This document shows positions 42,422 to 51,435 of a stretch of DNA of 64,000 nucleotides, piece by piece. The stretch is taken from NCBI GenBank assembly GCA_038210415.1, contig JBBQWS010000009.1, positions 14,267-78,266 on the forward strand. The letters are read 5' to 3'. Position numbers and translations under genes: made by a program. Position 1 is the stretch's first letter. Each line of letters begins with the position of its first letter. The DNA is from Actinomycetes bacterium (GTDB lineage: Bacteria; Actinomycetota; Actinomycetes; Prado026). The notes beneath the pieces were generated by a model. The model made no database searches, was not told the DNA's origin, and worked only from the letters and a program-made list of their open reading frames with translations.

Positions 42422-43612
42422 CTAGTAGTAGCCGTGCGCCTGCCAGAACGCCCAGCCGCCGCAAGGTGTCACGTACTTGCCCTTGATGTAGTCGAGCATC
42501 CAGTTGATCTGCGTGACCGGGTTGACCTGCCAGTCGGGGCCCGCGGTCACCATCTTCGAACCCGGCTGCGCCTGGGGGATCCCGTACGCCCCGGCGACCG
42601 AGCCTGCGTTCCACCGCCAGCTGCTCTCCTTGGCGGCGATGTTGTTCAGGCAGGTGAACTCGGTGGGCGCGAGCCGACGGCCGGCGACGACCTCGGAAGC
42701 GACGATCTGGACTCCGGCCAGGTCGGCCCGGTCGAGCGGGCTGCAGGCGGTCGGGTCGACGGTCGCGTTCGTGTACCCGGCCAAGGACAGGCCCGGCAGG
42801 GTCGCGCCGCTGCCCGCGGCCCACGAGGCGGTGGCCGTCAGCACCCCGAGATTGTTGTACCAGCGCACCGAACCGTCCGCGGCGACACCGAGCAGCACGC
42901 CGCCGCCGGCCGAGAGGACGTTGGTCGCGTACGACCAGCCGAGGCCGACGACGCGACCTGATCCGGTGCGCCAGGCTGCGGCGCCCGTGAGCCAGCCGTC
43001 GTGGTGGTACCAGCGAAGGTTGCCGGCGGAGTCAGTGGCGTAGAACGTGCCGAGCCCGGCGGCGACCAGATGGGTCAACAGGTTCCACTTGCTCACGACG
43101 ACCAGGCCGGACCCCCGGGTGAACCCGAGAGCACCCGTGAGATAGCCGAGATGGTGGTACCAGTGGAGCTGCCCGGTGGCGTCCAGGGCGTAGATCGTTC
43201 CGGCACCACCGGTGACGACCTTCGTGAACACCTGCCACCCGTGGCTGATCTCGGTGCCGCTCGCGGGATCCCAGGTGGGCTGCCCGGTCGCCGATCCGAG
43301 GTGCCGGTACCAGAGCAGCCGGCCGGAGGCCGTGATGACATAGAAGACGCCGCTTCCGCCGGCGATGACCTTCGCGAGGCCACCCATCGAGGGACGTTGC
43401 ACGGCCGCGATCGACGTGACACCGCCGGGTACCGAGGGGGCCGCGTCGAGCCACTCGTGCAGGTCCCCGGTGGCGGTGACGCCGTAGAGGGCCGTGCTCG
43501 CGCCGCACGCTGCGGCCGCTGCGGCCTCGGCGGGAGCTCCCTGTGGCAGCGTCAACGCCACAACGGCGCTGGCCAGCAGAATGGCGGAGGAGCGCTTGAT
43601 CGAGTTGCGCAC
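42422..43612 (-). CDS. secreted tachylectin-like beta-propeller fused to a lytic-transglycosylase-like (SLT/Apf C-terminal type) domain
   Basis: - GTG 43612 after AAGGA.
- Signal peptide RNSIKRSSAILLASAVVALTLPQGAPAEA.
- Five repeats with (L/V)xWYxxxG (LLWYRHLG, LHWYHHLG, LRWYHHDG, VRWYNNLG, plus a degenerate first one).
- C-terminus AAKESSWRWNAGSVAGAYGIPQAQPGSKM..WAFWQAHGYY. Confidence 0.7.
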   Translation of the reverse strand: MRNSIKRSSAILLASAVVALTLPQGAPAEAAAAAACGASTALYGVTATGDLHEWLDAAPSVPGGVTSIAAVQRPSMGGLAKVIAGGSGVFYVITASGRLLWYRHLGSATGQPTWDPASGTEISHGWQVFTKVVTGGAGTIYALDATGQLHWYHHLGYLTGALGFTRGSGLVVVSKWNLLTHLVAAGLGTFYATDSAGNLRWYHHDGWLTGAAAWRTGSGRVVGLGWSYATNVLSAGGGVLLGVAADGSVRWYNNLGVLTATASWAAGSGATLPGLSLAGYTNATVDPTACSPLDRADLAGVQIVASEVVAGRRLAPTEFTCLNNIAAKESSWRWNAGSVAGAYGIPQAQPGSKMVTAGPDWQVNPVTQINWMLDYIKGKYVTPCGGWAFWQAHGYY

Positions 43613-43767
43613 AACGGTCCTTCGAGCTCGACGACAGGACGCGGGCTGCCCCTTCGAGCGGAGGCGCCACCAAAGCCGTACGGTGTAGCGAACCACAGCA
43701 GCGGCCGCACCGCTACCAAACCGTTATCTTCCGTCCGAGGGGGCGTCATGCACTTCCACGGTCAGCC

Positions 43768-45132
43768 GTGAGCCTCGACCCCGTCGAGCGGCCGGAAACC
43801 TGGTGCGTCATCGGCGCCGGTGCGCACGGGCTTCCGGTGGTCAAGGCCTTCCGCCAGCACGGCATCGACGTCGAGGCGTACGAGCGCGAGAACGACGTCG
43901 GCGGCAACTGGAGCTTCGGTGCACGGACGAGCCGGGTCTACGGCAGCACGCACACCATCTCGAGCAAGGCCTTCACGGCTTACCCCGACTTCCCGATGCC
44001 GGACGACTACCCGGACTACCCGCACCACACCCAGGTGCTGGCGTACTTCCAGCGGTACGCCGACCACTTCGGGCTGCGCGAGCACATCCGGTTCGGCACC
44101 GAGGTCGAGACGGTGGAGCCGGTCGACGATGGCGCCTGCTGGGACGTGACAGTGCGGGCAGCGGACGGCACCCGGACCCGCACGCGCTACGCCGGCGTCG
44201 TGGTGGCGAACGGCCACAACTGGAACCCCAAGCTGCCGTCGTACCCTGGGCTTCCCGGCTTCACCGGCGAGGTGCTGCACTCGGCCGACTACAAGGACCC
44301 GGCCGTCCTGCGTGGCAAGCGGGTGCTCGTGGTCGGCGCCGGCAACACCGGTTGCGACCTCGCGGTCGAGTCGGCCCAGCAGGCGGCCGGCACGCTGCAC
44401 TCGACCCGACGTGGCTACTACTACAACCCCAAGTACGTCGGCGGGCGGCCGGCCGACCAGGTCGCCGACACCTTGCTGCTGCTGCGGTTGCCGCTGGCGC
44501 TCCGCCGCGCGCTCTACAAGCTGACGTTGCGGGCGACCGTTGGCGACTTCACGAAGTTCGGGCTGGCCAAGCCCGACCACAAGTTCTACGAGACGCACCC
44601 GATCGTGAACAGCCTGCTCGTCTACTACGTCGGGCAGGGCGACATCACGCCGAAGCCGGACGTCGAGAGCTTCGACGGCGGCACCGTGCGGTTCGTCGAC
44701 GGCACGTCCGCCGAGGTCGACCTCGTGCTCCTGTGCACGGGCTACCTCGTGGAGTTCCCGTTCTTCGACGCCGCGGCCCACCTGAACTGGGCGGGCGACC
44801 ACCCGCGGTTGTACCTCCACCTGTTCACCCCTGCGCACGAGAACCTGTTCGTCGCCGGCCTGATCCAGCCGGACAGCGGGCAGTGGTGCCTCGCGCACTG
44901 GCAGGCGATGGCGCTGGCGACGTACGTCGAGGCCCGCCGCGACCGGCCGGACCTCGCGGCCGCGTTCCGGCACGAGGTCGCGGTCGGCGTCGACGCCCGC
45001 TTCTCGGGTGGCACCCAGTACACCGAGTCCACCCGGCACTACTACGAGATCGCCCACCAGGACTACCTGCGGTCACTCGAGCTGGCCATCCACGCCCTCG
45101 AGCGGCAGCCGGCCGACCGGTCGCGGCGATGA
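43768..45132 (+). CDS. flavin-containing monooxygenase
   Basis: 454 aa. Two dinucleotide motifs (VIGAGAHG, VVGAGNTG) and the FMO motif FTGEVLHSADY (FxGxxxHxxxY). Confidence 0.85.
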   Translation: MSLDPVERPETWCVIGAGAHGLPVVKAFRQHGIDVEAYERENDVGGNWSFGARTSRVYGSTHTISSKAFTAYPDFPMPDDYPDYPHHTQVLAYFQRYADHFGLREHIRFGTEVETVEPVDDGACWDVTVRAADGTRTRTRYAGVVVANGHNWNPKLPSYPGLPGFTGEVLHSADYKDPAVLRGKRVLVVGAGNTGCDLAVESAQQAAGTLHSTRRGYYYNPKYVGGRPADQVADTLLLLRLPLALRRALYKLTLRATVGDFTKFGLAKPDHKFYETHPIVNSLLVYYVGQGDITPKPDVESFDGGTVRFVDGTSAEVDLVLLCTGYLVEFPFFDAAAHLNWAGDHPRLYLHLFTPAHENLFVAGLIQPDSGQWCLAHWQAMALATYVEARRDRPDLAAAFRHEVAVGVDARFSGGTQYTESTRHYYEIAHQDYLRSLELAIHALERQPADRSRR

Positions 45133-45962
45133 GCCGCCGCGGCAGCCGGGTGATGCGACCGCTCGACTGGGCGCTGCCGCCGGTTCCGGTGCATCGAGAG
45201 GTCCTGTCGGCCTTGCCGGCGCGAGACACCGGACGCCCGGCCCTGCTGTTCGTGCACGGCATGGGGCACGGTGCGTGGTGCTTCGCGGAGCACTGGCTGC
45301 CGGCGGCCGCAGCGGCCGGGTACCCCGCGTACGCCCTCTCGTTACGCGGTCACGGCGGCTCGGGCGGAGCGCGGCGGCTCGGTCGCACCCTGCTGCGTGA
45401 CTACGTCCACGACGTGCTGCAGGTCGCGTCGTCGTTGCCGCACCCGCCGGTGCTCGTCGGGCACTCGCTCGGCGCAGCGGTGGTGCAGCTGGTCATGGAG
45501 CAGTACCCGGCCCCGGCGGGCGTGCTGCTCGCCCCTGCGCCGCTGCACAGCGGGGCTCGCGCGATGGCGGCCATCGCCAAGGACCGACCCACGCACGTGC
45601 TGCGGACCCTGGTCGGTGGCTCGCTCCCGATGACGGCCGAGGCGCTGTTCGTCGGGCTCGACCCGGCAACCGCGCAGCGCCACGCCAGCCGGTGTGGACG
45701 CGAGTCTGCGCTGGTGCAGTACGACGTCGCGTTCAGCCGTCGCACGCTCGGCCCGATCCGGGCGCCGATGCTGGTGGTCGGCACGCCCGACGACCGGTAC
45801 GTCCCGGTGTCCGACGTCCGTCGCACCGCGCGTGACCACGGCTCGGTGCCCGTGTGGTTCCCGGGGCTGGGCCACGACCTGATGCTCGACCGCGGGCAGG
45901 AGCGGGTCCTCGACACGATCCTCGAGTGGGTCGGCCGTGCGGTGCCCAGCAGGCCGGGCTGA
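45129..45962 (+). CDS. alpha/beta hydrolase
   Basis: The ATG overlaps the FMO stop (ATGA). Oxyanion region LLFVHGMGHG and nucleophile elbow GHSLG. Confidence 0.8.
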   Translation: MSRRGSRVMRPLDWALPPVPVHREVLSALPARDTGRPALLFVHGMGHGAWCFAEHWLPAAAAAGYPAYALSLRGHGGSGGARRLGRTLLRDYVHDVLQVASSLPHPPVLVGHSLGAAVVQLVMEQYPAPAGVLLAPAPLHSGARAMAAIAKDRPTHVLRTLVGGSLPMTAEALFVGLDPATAQRHASRCGRESALVQYDVAFSRRTLGPIRAPMLVVGTPDDRYVPVSDVRRTARDHGSVPVWFPGLGHDLMLDRGQERVLDTILEWVGRAVPSRPG

Positions 45963-46339
45963 TGGTGCCGCCGCCGCTCGACCCGGCGGACGTCCAGGTC
46001 GCGGTCGATGCCTGCCTGGCCGCGCACGCTGCCGGCGAGGTTCCTGGGGTTGCTGATCTGCGGCCGGCCGTACGCGGGACGCTTCGAGCCTTCGCCGCTG
46101 CGGTTCCGGGGCACAGCGTCGAGGTGCGGGTCCCTCCGTTCGCCGCGGTGCAGTGCATCGAGGGACCACGGCACACCCGCGGAACCCCGCGTGCGGTCGT
46201 CGAGACCGATGGGCTCACCTGGTTGCTCCTGGTCACGGGTGCGCTCGGTTTCGCCGATGCGACGGCCGCCGGCCGCGTACGGGCCAGCGGCGAGCGCTCC
46301 GACCTCACCCCCTTCCTCCCCAGCTCCCAGTTCCCCTAG
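45962..46339 (+). CDS. small SCP2 / sterol-carrier-like protein (uncertain)
   Basis: The ATG overlaps the hydrolase stop. The product is 125 aa, and the C-terminal part VETDGLTWLLLVTGALGFADATAAGRVRASGE resembles SCP2-type folds. Recognised from memory only. Confidence 0.5.
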   Translation: MVPPPLDPADVQVAVDACLAAHAAGEVPGVADLRPAVRGTLRAFAAAVPGHSVEVRVPPFAAVQCIEGPRHTRGTPRAVVETDGLTWLLLVTGALGFADATAAGRVRASGERSDLTPFLPSSQFP

Positions 46340-46356
46340 CTCCCCCTCCCCTAGCT

Positions 46357-46513
46357 CCCCCTTCCGCCACAAGGGTCCCCCCATGCCGCTAGAACGAGCT
46401 CGCGCGCCACTCATCGCAGCGCGGTTGAGTCCGCAGCGAGCCGCAGCGGCGAGTCGTGAGTGAGGCAATCGCGCGGTCTAGTGGCATGAGGGGACCCAGG
46501 TGGCGAAGGGGGG
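46357..46513. repeat. palindromic intergenic element, copy C
   Basis: Left arm CCCCCTTCCGCCACAAGGGTCCCCCCATGCCGCTAGA (46357-46393) and right arm TCTAGTGGCATGAGGGGACCCAGGTGGCGAAGGGGGG (46477-46513). The core is 83 nt. Confidence 0.9.
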
Positions 46514-46675
46514 CGGAGGGTGCTGATTTCGGGGCAGGGTCGGACGCGGGCAACGATTTGCCGCACCGAGAGGTAACGATTGCGACGGAATACGCACGTC
46601 AGCGGCCGGGGCGCGCTCCCGGCGCGGTAGCCTCGCTGCGCCACCTGCACGGACCGTGACGAGAGGACCCAACGC

Positions 46676-47746
46676 ATGCCGGACCAGTCCTCGGGCCGGG
46701 TCGCCGTACGCCTGCGCGGCCTCCGCAAGGAGTTCGGTACGGGGGCGCACACGGTCACGGCCGTCGACGGCGTCGACCTTGACGTGAACGACGGGGAGTT
46801 CATCACCCTGCTCGGCCCGTCCGGCTCGGGGAAGACCACCGTCCTGCGCATGATCGCGGGTTTCGAGCTGCCGACCGCAGGGACGATCGAGCTCGACGGC
46901 GTCGACGTGACCCGCCGGGCCCCGTTCGAACGTGACGTCAACACGGTCTTCCAGGACTACGCCCTGTTCCCGCACATGACGGTGCTGGAGAACGTCGCGT
47001 ACGGGCTGCGGGTCAAGAAGGTCGGCAAGGCCGAGCGCACCCAGCGGGCAACGGACGCGCTCGAGAGCGTCCGCCTCGGCGAGTACGGCGGCCGGACCCC
47101 GGCGCAGATGTCCGGCGGCCAGCGCCAGCGGGTCGCCCTGGCCCGGGCGCTGGTGAACCGGCCCAAGGTGCTGCTGCTCGACGAGCCGCTCGGCGCGCTC
47201 GACCTCAAACTGCGCGAGCAGATGCAGGTCGAGCTCAAGGAGATCCAGCGTCAGGTCGGCATCACCTTCCTCTTCGTGACCCACGACCAGGAGGAGGCCC
47301 TCACGATGTCGGACCGGATCGTCGTCTTCAACGCCGGCCGGATCGAGCAGGTGGGGAGCCCCGCCGAGGTCTACGAGCGGCCCGCCACCGCGTTCGTCGC
47401 CAGTTTCGTCGGCACCTCCAACCTGCTGACCGGCGCGGCAGCGCGGGCCATCGTCGGGCAGGACGGCACCTGGTCCGTGCGGCCGGAGAAGATCCGGATC
47501 GACCTGCAGGAGACCCCTGCGGAGCCCCGGCCCGGCGAGCACTCCGCTCAAGGGACCGTCCGCGAGGTCGTCTACGTCGGCTCGTCGACCCGGTTCCTGG
47601 TCGACCTCGACGCCGGCGGTTCGCTGATGGCGCTGCAGCAGAACCTCCAGACCTCGTCGATGGACGTCCTCGCCTACCGCGAGTCGCGGGTACGGCTCGC
47701 GTGGCGGGCCGAGCACGAGTTCCAGGTCGCGAACAGCACTCCCTAG
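46676..47746 (+). CDS. ABC transporter ATP-binding protein (PotA-like)
   Basis: Walker A GPSGSGKT, signature SGGQRQR, Walker B LLLDEP, and a C-terminal TOBE-like tail. Confidence 0.9.
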   Translation: MPDQSSGRVAVRLRGLRKEFGTGAHTVTAVDGVDLDVNDGEFITLLGPSGSGKTTVLRMIAGFELPTAGTIELDGVDVTRRAPFERDVNTVFQDYALFPHMTVLENVAYGLRVKKVGKAERTQRATDALESVRLGEYGGRTPAQMSGGQRQRVALARALVNRPKVLLLDEPLGALDLKLREQMQVELKEIQRQVGITFLFVTHDQEEALTMSDRIVVFNAGRIEQVGSPAEVYERPATAFVASFVGTSNLLTGAAARAIVGQDGTWSVRPEKIRIDLQETPAEPRPGEHSAQGTVREVVYVGSSTRFLVDLDAGGSLMALQQNLQTSSMDVLAYRESRVRLAWRAEHEFQVANSTP

Positions 47747-47794
47747 TCCCCAAGACAGCTCAGTCCCCTGCACCCTCAACCGAAGGAGAACCCC

Positions 47795-49006
47795 ATGACG
47801 CGCTCGCGTCTGGTGAAGGTAGCGACAGCGGGTGCCCTCGTGGCCCTGCTGGCCACGGCCTGTGGCACCACCTCAGGCGGCAGCTCGGCCCAGCCGGGCT
47901 CGACCAAGGCCCAGCCGCCCAAGCTCGATGCGCTCAAGGCGCTCGGCGCGGGCGAGGGCGCGATCAACATCCTGGCCTGGGCCGGGTACGCCGAGAACGG
48001 CAGCACCGACAAGACCGTCGACTGGGTGACGCCGTTCGAGAAGGCGAGCGGTTGCAAGACCAAGGTTCAGGTCGCGAACACTTCCGACGAGATGTTCGAG
48101 AAGATGGGCACCGGCAACTTCGACGTCGTCTCGGCCTCTGGTGACTCCTCGCTCCGGCTGGTCTACGCCGGGAAGGTGGCGCCGGTCAACACCGACCTGC
48201 TGACCAACTACGCCGACGTCCCCGCCTTCCAGAAGACGCAGCAGTGGAACTCGGTCAGCAGCGTTGCGTACGGCATGCCGCACGGCTGGGGCGCCCAGCT
48301 GATGGCGTACCGAACCGACAAGGTGACTCCTGCGCCGGACTCCTGGGCGCCGGTCTGGGACCCGAACTCCGCCTACAAGGGCAAGATCACGATGTACGAC
48401 TCCGCGGTGGACGGCATCGGTGCCGCTGCCGTCTACCTGATGGCGACCCAGCCGGCGCTCGGGATCAAGAACCCGTACGCGCTCGACCAGAAGCAGTTCG
48501 ACGCTGCGATCGCGCTGCTCAAGGCTCAGAAGCCGGCCGTCGGCAGCTACTGGGCCGCGTACGCGGATGCTCAGAAGGCGCTCGAGAACGGCACCAGCGT
48601 CATCGGGTCCACGTGGCAGATCATCGTCAACCTCGCCAAGGGCGACAAGGCACCGGTGTCGTCCGTGCTCCCCAAGGTAGGCGCGACCGGCTGGGCCGAC
48701 ACGTGGATGGTCGACGCGAAGAGCCCGCACCCGAACTGCTCGTACCTGTGGATGAACTGGGTGACCAAGCCCGACGTCCAGGCACAGATCGCGGAGTGGT
48801 TCGGCGAGGCCCCGGCGAACGTGAAGGCGTGCGCGCTGACCGTCGACAAGACGCACTGCGACACATACCACGCGACCGACGAGGCGTACTTCAAGAAGAT
48901 CGCTTTCTGGTCCACGCCGCAGAGCGACTGCCTGGACGGCCGCACGGACGTCAAGTGCATGCCGTACTCCGAGTGGAGCAAGGCGTGGAGCAGCCTGCGC
49001 AGCTGA
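47795..49006 (+). CDS. ABC transporter substrate-binding lipoprotein (PotD/PotF-like)
   Basis: 403 aa with lipobox LLATAC|G. Periplasmic-binding-protein layout within the pot-like operon. Confidence 0.82.
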   Translation: MTRSRLVKVATAGALVALLATACGTTSGGSSAQPGSTKAQPPKLDALKALGAGEGAINILAWAGYAENGSTDKTVDWVTPFEKASGCKTKVQVANTSDEMFEKMGTGNFDVVSASGDSSLRLVYAGKVAPVNTDLLTNYADVPAFQKTQQWNSVSSVAYGMPHGWGAQLMAYRTDKVTPAPDSWAPVWDPNSAYKGKITMYDSAVDGIGAAAVYLMATQPALGIKNPYALDQKQFDAAIALLKAQKPAVGSYWAAYADAQKALENGTSVIGSTWQIIVNLAKGDKAPVSSVLPKVGATGWADTWMVDAKSPHPNCSYLWMNWVTKPDVQAQIAEWFGEAPANVKACALTVDKTHCDTYHATDEAYFKKIAFWSTPQSDCLDGRTDVKCMPYSEWSKAWSSLRS

Positions 49007-49045
49007 CCGGTTGCCCCGCGTAGCTCTCGTTCCCTGAAAGGCAGT

Positions 49046-49927
49046 GTGATGTCGGCTTCTGCACCAGCGGGCCGCCGGTTGTCGGCGGTGCTGTTCAGTC
49101 GGCCCCGGCTTCGGCTCGGCGGTCTGCTGGTGCTCCCGATGGCGTGGCTCGTGTTCGTCTACCTGGCGGCGCTGTTCGCGCTGCTGGCCACGTCGTTCTT
49201 CCTGGTCGACGAGTTCACCAACGAGGTGCAACGCGGGTTCACCTGGGCCAACTTCCACGACGTACTCACCGACCCGGCGTACCTCGGGTCGACCCTGCGC
49301 ACAGTCGGCATCGCCGCCGCGGTGACGGTGCTGTGCGCGGTGATCGGGCTGCCGATGGCGTTCTTCATGGCCAAGGTCGTTCCGGCGCGCTGGCGCAACC
49401 TGCTGGTGGCGCTGGTGGTCACGCCGCTGTGGGCGTCGTACCTCGTCAAGGTCTACTCGTGGCAGGCCATGGTGCAGCCTGACACCGGGGTGCTTGACTG
49501 GATGCTCAAGCCGCTCGGCCTCAGCGGGCCCGGCTACGGCGCGATCGCTGTGATCCTGACCCTGACCTACCTCTGGCTGCCGTACATGGTGCTGCCCATC
49601 TACGCGGGGCTGCAGCGGCTGCCCGACTCGCTCGTCGAGGCCTCCGGCGACCTCGGGGCACGGCCTTGGCGGACGATCCGCAGCGTCGTCCTGCCGCTGG
49701 TCTACCCGTCTGTGATCGCCGGCTCGGTGTTCACGTTCTCACTCAGCCTCGGCGACTACATCACCGTCCAGATCGTGGGCGGCAAAGTTCAGATGCTGGG
49801 CAACATCGTGTACCAGAACTACACGGCCAACCTCCCCTTCGCGGCGGCCATCGCGGTGATCCCGGTGGTCATCATGATCGGCTACCTGATGATCGTGCGG
49901 CGCACCGGCGCCCTGGACAACCTGTGA
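49046..49927 (+). CDS. ABC transporter permease (PotB-like)
   Basis: 293 aa with six hydrophobic segments and the EAA-type loop EASGDLGARPWRT. Confidence 0.88.
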   Translation: MMSASAPAGRRLSAVLFSRPRLRLGGLLVLPMAWLVFVYLAALFALLATSFFLVDEFTNEVQRGFTWANFHDVLTDPAYLGSTLRTVGIAAAVTVLCAVIGLPMAFFMAKVVPARWRNLLVALVVTPLWASYLVKVYSWQAMVQPDTGVLDWMLKPLGLSGPGYGAIAVILTLTYLWLPYMVLPIYAGLQRLPDSLVEASGDLGARPWRTIRSVVLPLVYPSVIAGSVFTFSLSLGDYITVQIVGGKVQMLGNIVYQNYTANLPFAAAIAVIPVVIMIGYLMIVRRTGALDNL

Positions 49928-49937
49928 GGGCCGGCCG

Positions 49938-50744
49938 ATGACGTTGTCGCGCAAGGCGCGCTGGCTGTTCGGAGCCGCGATGGCTCTGGGGCTCGCGTTC
50001 ATCTACGTCCCGTTGCTCGTGATCGGGATCAACTCGTTCAACGCCAGCAGAGTGTTCGCGTGGCCACCGCGCGAGTACACCACCCACTGGTGGACCGAGG
50101 TCTTCGTCAACACCGGCGTCCGCGAGGCGGTGGCCACCTCGATCGAGGTCGGCATCATCGCGACCGCCTTCGCTCTGGTCCTCGGCACGCTGCTGGCGTT
50201 CGCGCTGAGCCGCTACAGCTTCTTCGGCCGGCACTCGCTGTCGCTCCTCGTCGTCCTGCCGATCGCGCTGCCGGGCATCGTGACGGCGCTGGCCTTCCGC
50301 ACCGCGTTCCGCACGATCCTGGGCATCGAGCTGTCGATCTGGACCGTGGCCATCTCGCATGCCACGTTCTGCATGGTCGTCGTCTACAACAACGTGATCG
50401 CCCGGCTCCGGCGGATGGGTACGACGCCGGAGGAGGCGTCGATGGACCTCGGCGCCGACTCGTTCACGACCTTCCGGCTGATCACGTTCCCACTGCTCCG
50501 CGGCGCGCTGCTGGCTGGAGCACTGCTCGCCTTCGGGCTCTCGTTTGACGAGATCGTGGTCACCTTGTTCACCGCGCCGCCCGGCGTCACCACCTTGCCG
50601 ATCTGGATCTTCCAGAATCTCTCGCGGCCCAATCAGGCACCGGTCGTCAACGTCGTCGCCGCGATCCTCGTCGTGGCATCGATCGTGCCGATCTACCTCA
50701 GCCAGAAGCTCGCCGGCGACTCGCCAGGTGGCGGTCGGCTCTAG
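49938..50744 (+). CDS. ABC transporter permease (PotC-like)
   Basis: 268 aa with the EAA-type loop EASMDLGADSFTTF. Confidence 0.88.
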   Translation: MTLSRKARWLFGAAMALGLAFIYVPLLVIGINSFNASRVFAWPPREYTTHWWTEVFVNTGVREAVATSIEVGIIATAFALVLGTLLAFALSRYSFFGRHSLSLLVVLPIALPGIVTALAFRTAFRTILGIELSIWTVAISHATFCMVVVYNNVIARLRRMGTTPEEASMDLGADSFTTFRLITFPLLRGALLAGALLAFGLSFDEIVVTLFTAPPGVTTLPIWIFQNLSRPNQAPVVNVVAAILVVASIVPIYLSQKLAGDSPGGGRL

Positions 50745-50774
50745 CCGCGGCACCAGGCTGCCGATCATCGGTCG

Positions 50775-51404
50775 GTGAGGCTCTATCTCGTCATGGCGTC
50801 GCTGCTGGGCGGCGGGTGGCTGGCCGTTCGGCAGACCCAGGGGCACCGGCACCGGGTCGCGATCGCGCTGCTGCTCGTCCCCGGGCTCGTGCTGGGCTGG
50901 TTCGAGTACGAGGACCGGCGCGCCGTCCAGCTTATGTCGCACGTGGCCTCGGTCCTGTCGCGCCGCCCGGTGAGCGTCAACTGTCAGCGGTACTCCGGCG
51001 CGCTCGTCGACCTGGGTTCTGAGCTTGGTTCCGTCCAGTTCGACGAGAACGGCTTCCCGGCCGACGTGACCGACCTGAAGTACGACGCCTGCACCAACCT
51101 GCGGGCCTGGCTGGGGTCGGACAAGAAGTCGCCGACCCTCGACCAGGTCATCGCCGTGCACGTGCTCGCACACGAGTCCGAGCACCTGGCGGGGGTGTTC
51201 AACGAGGCGGTGGCCGAGTGCAACTCGGTGCAGACGACGGAACGGGCGGCGCTGCTGCTCGGCGCGACGCCGGCGCAGGCCCGCAGCCTGGCAGTCGTGT
51301 ACGACACCGAGGTCTACCCCCGGATGCCCGACGGGTACCTCTCCCCGGACTGCCGGCCGGGCGGCTCGCTGGACCGCCATCCCGACGACCCGGCCTGGCC
51401 CTGA
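50775..51404 (+). CDS. hypothetical membrane-anchored protein with an HExxH motif
   Basis: 209 aa. Two N-terminal hydrophobic segments, VLAHESEHLAG (HExxH), and four Cys residues. Confidence 0.6.
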   Translation: MRLYLVMASLLGGGWLAVRQTQGHRHRVAIALLLVPGLVLGWFEYEDRRAVQLMSHVASVLSRRPVSVNCQRYSGALVDLGSELGSVQFDENGFPADVTDLKYDACTNLRAWLGSDKKSPTLDQVIAVHVLAHESEHLAGVFNEAVAECNSVQTTERAALLLGATPAQARSLAVVYDTEVYPRMPDGYLSPDCRPGGSLDRHPDDPAWP

Positions 51405-51435
51405 GCGGGGCCCAGCGGCGGGTAGACTCGGGCAG

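Noticed and set aside
43613-43767. Possible cyclic-di-AMP (ydaO-type) riboswitch in the 155-nt leader of the muralytic-domain gene
   Set aside because: Such riboswitches often precede actinobacterial cell-wall hydrolase genes. Reading the minus strand, I find none of the conserved blocks I remember (GGGGACCCA, GGGUGAAUC, CAGCUAACC). A cmscan would be the decisive test.
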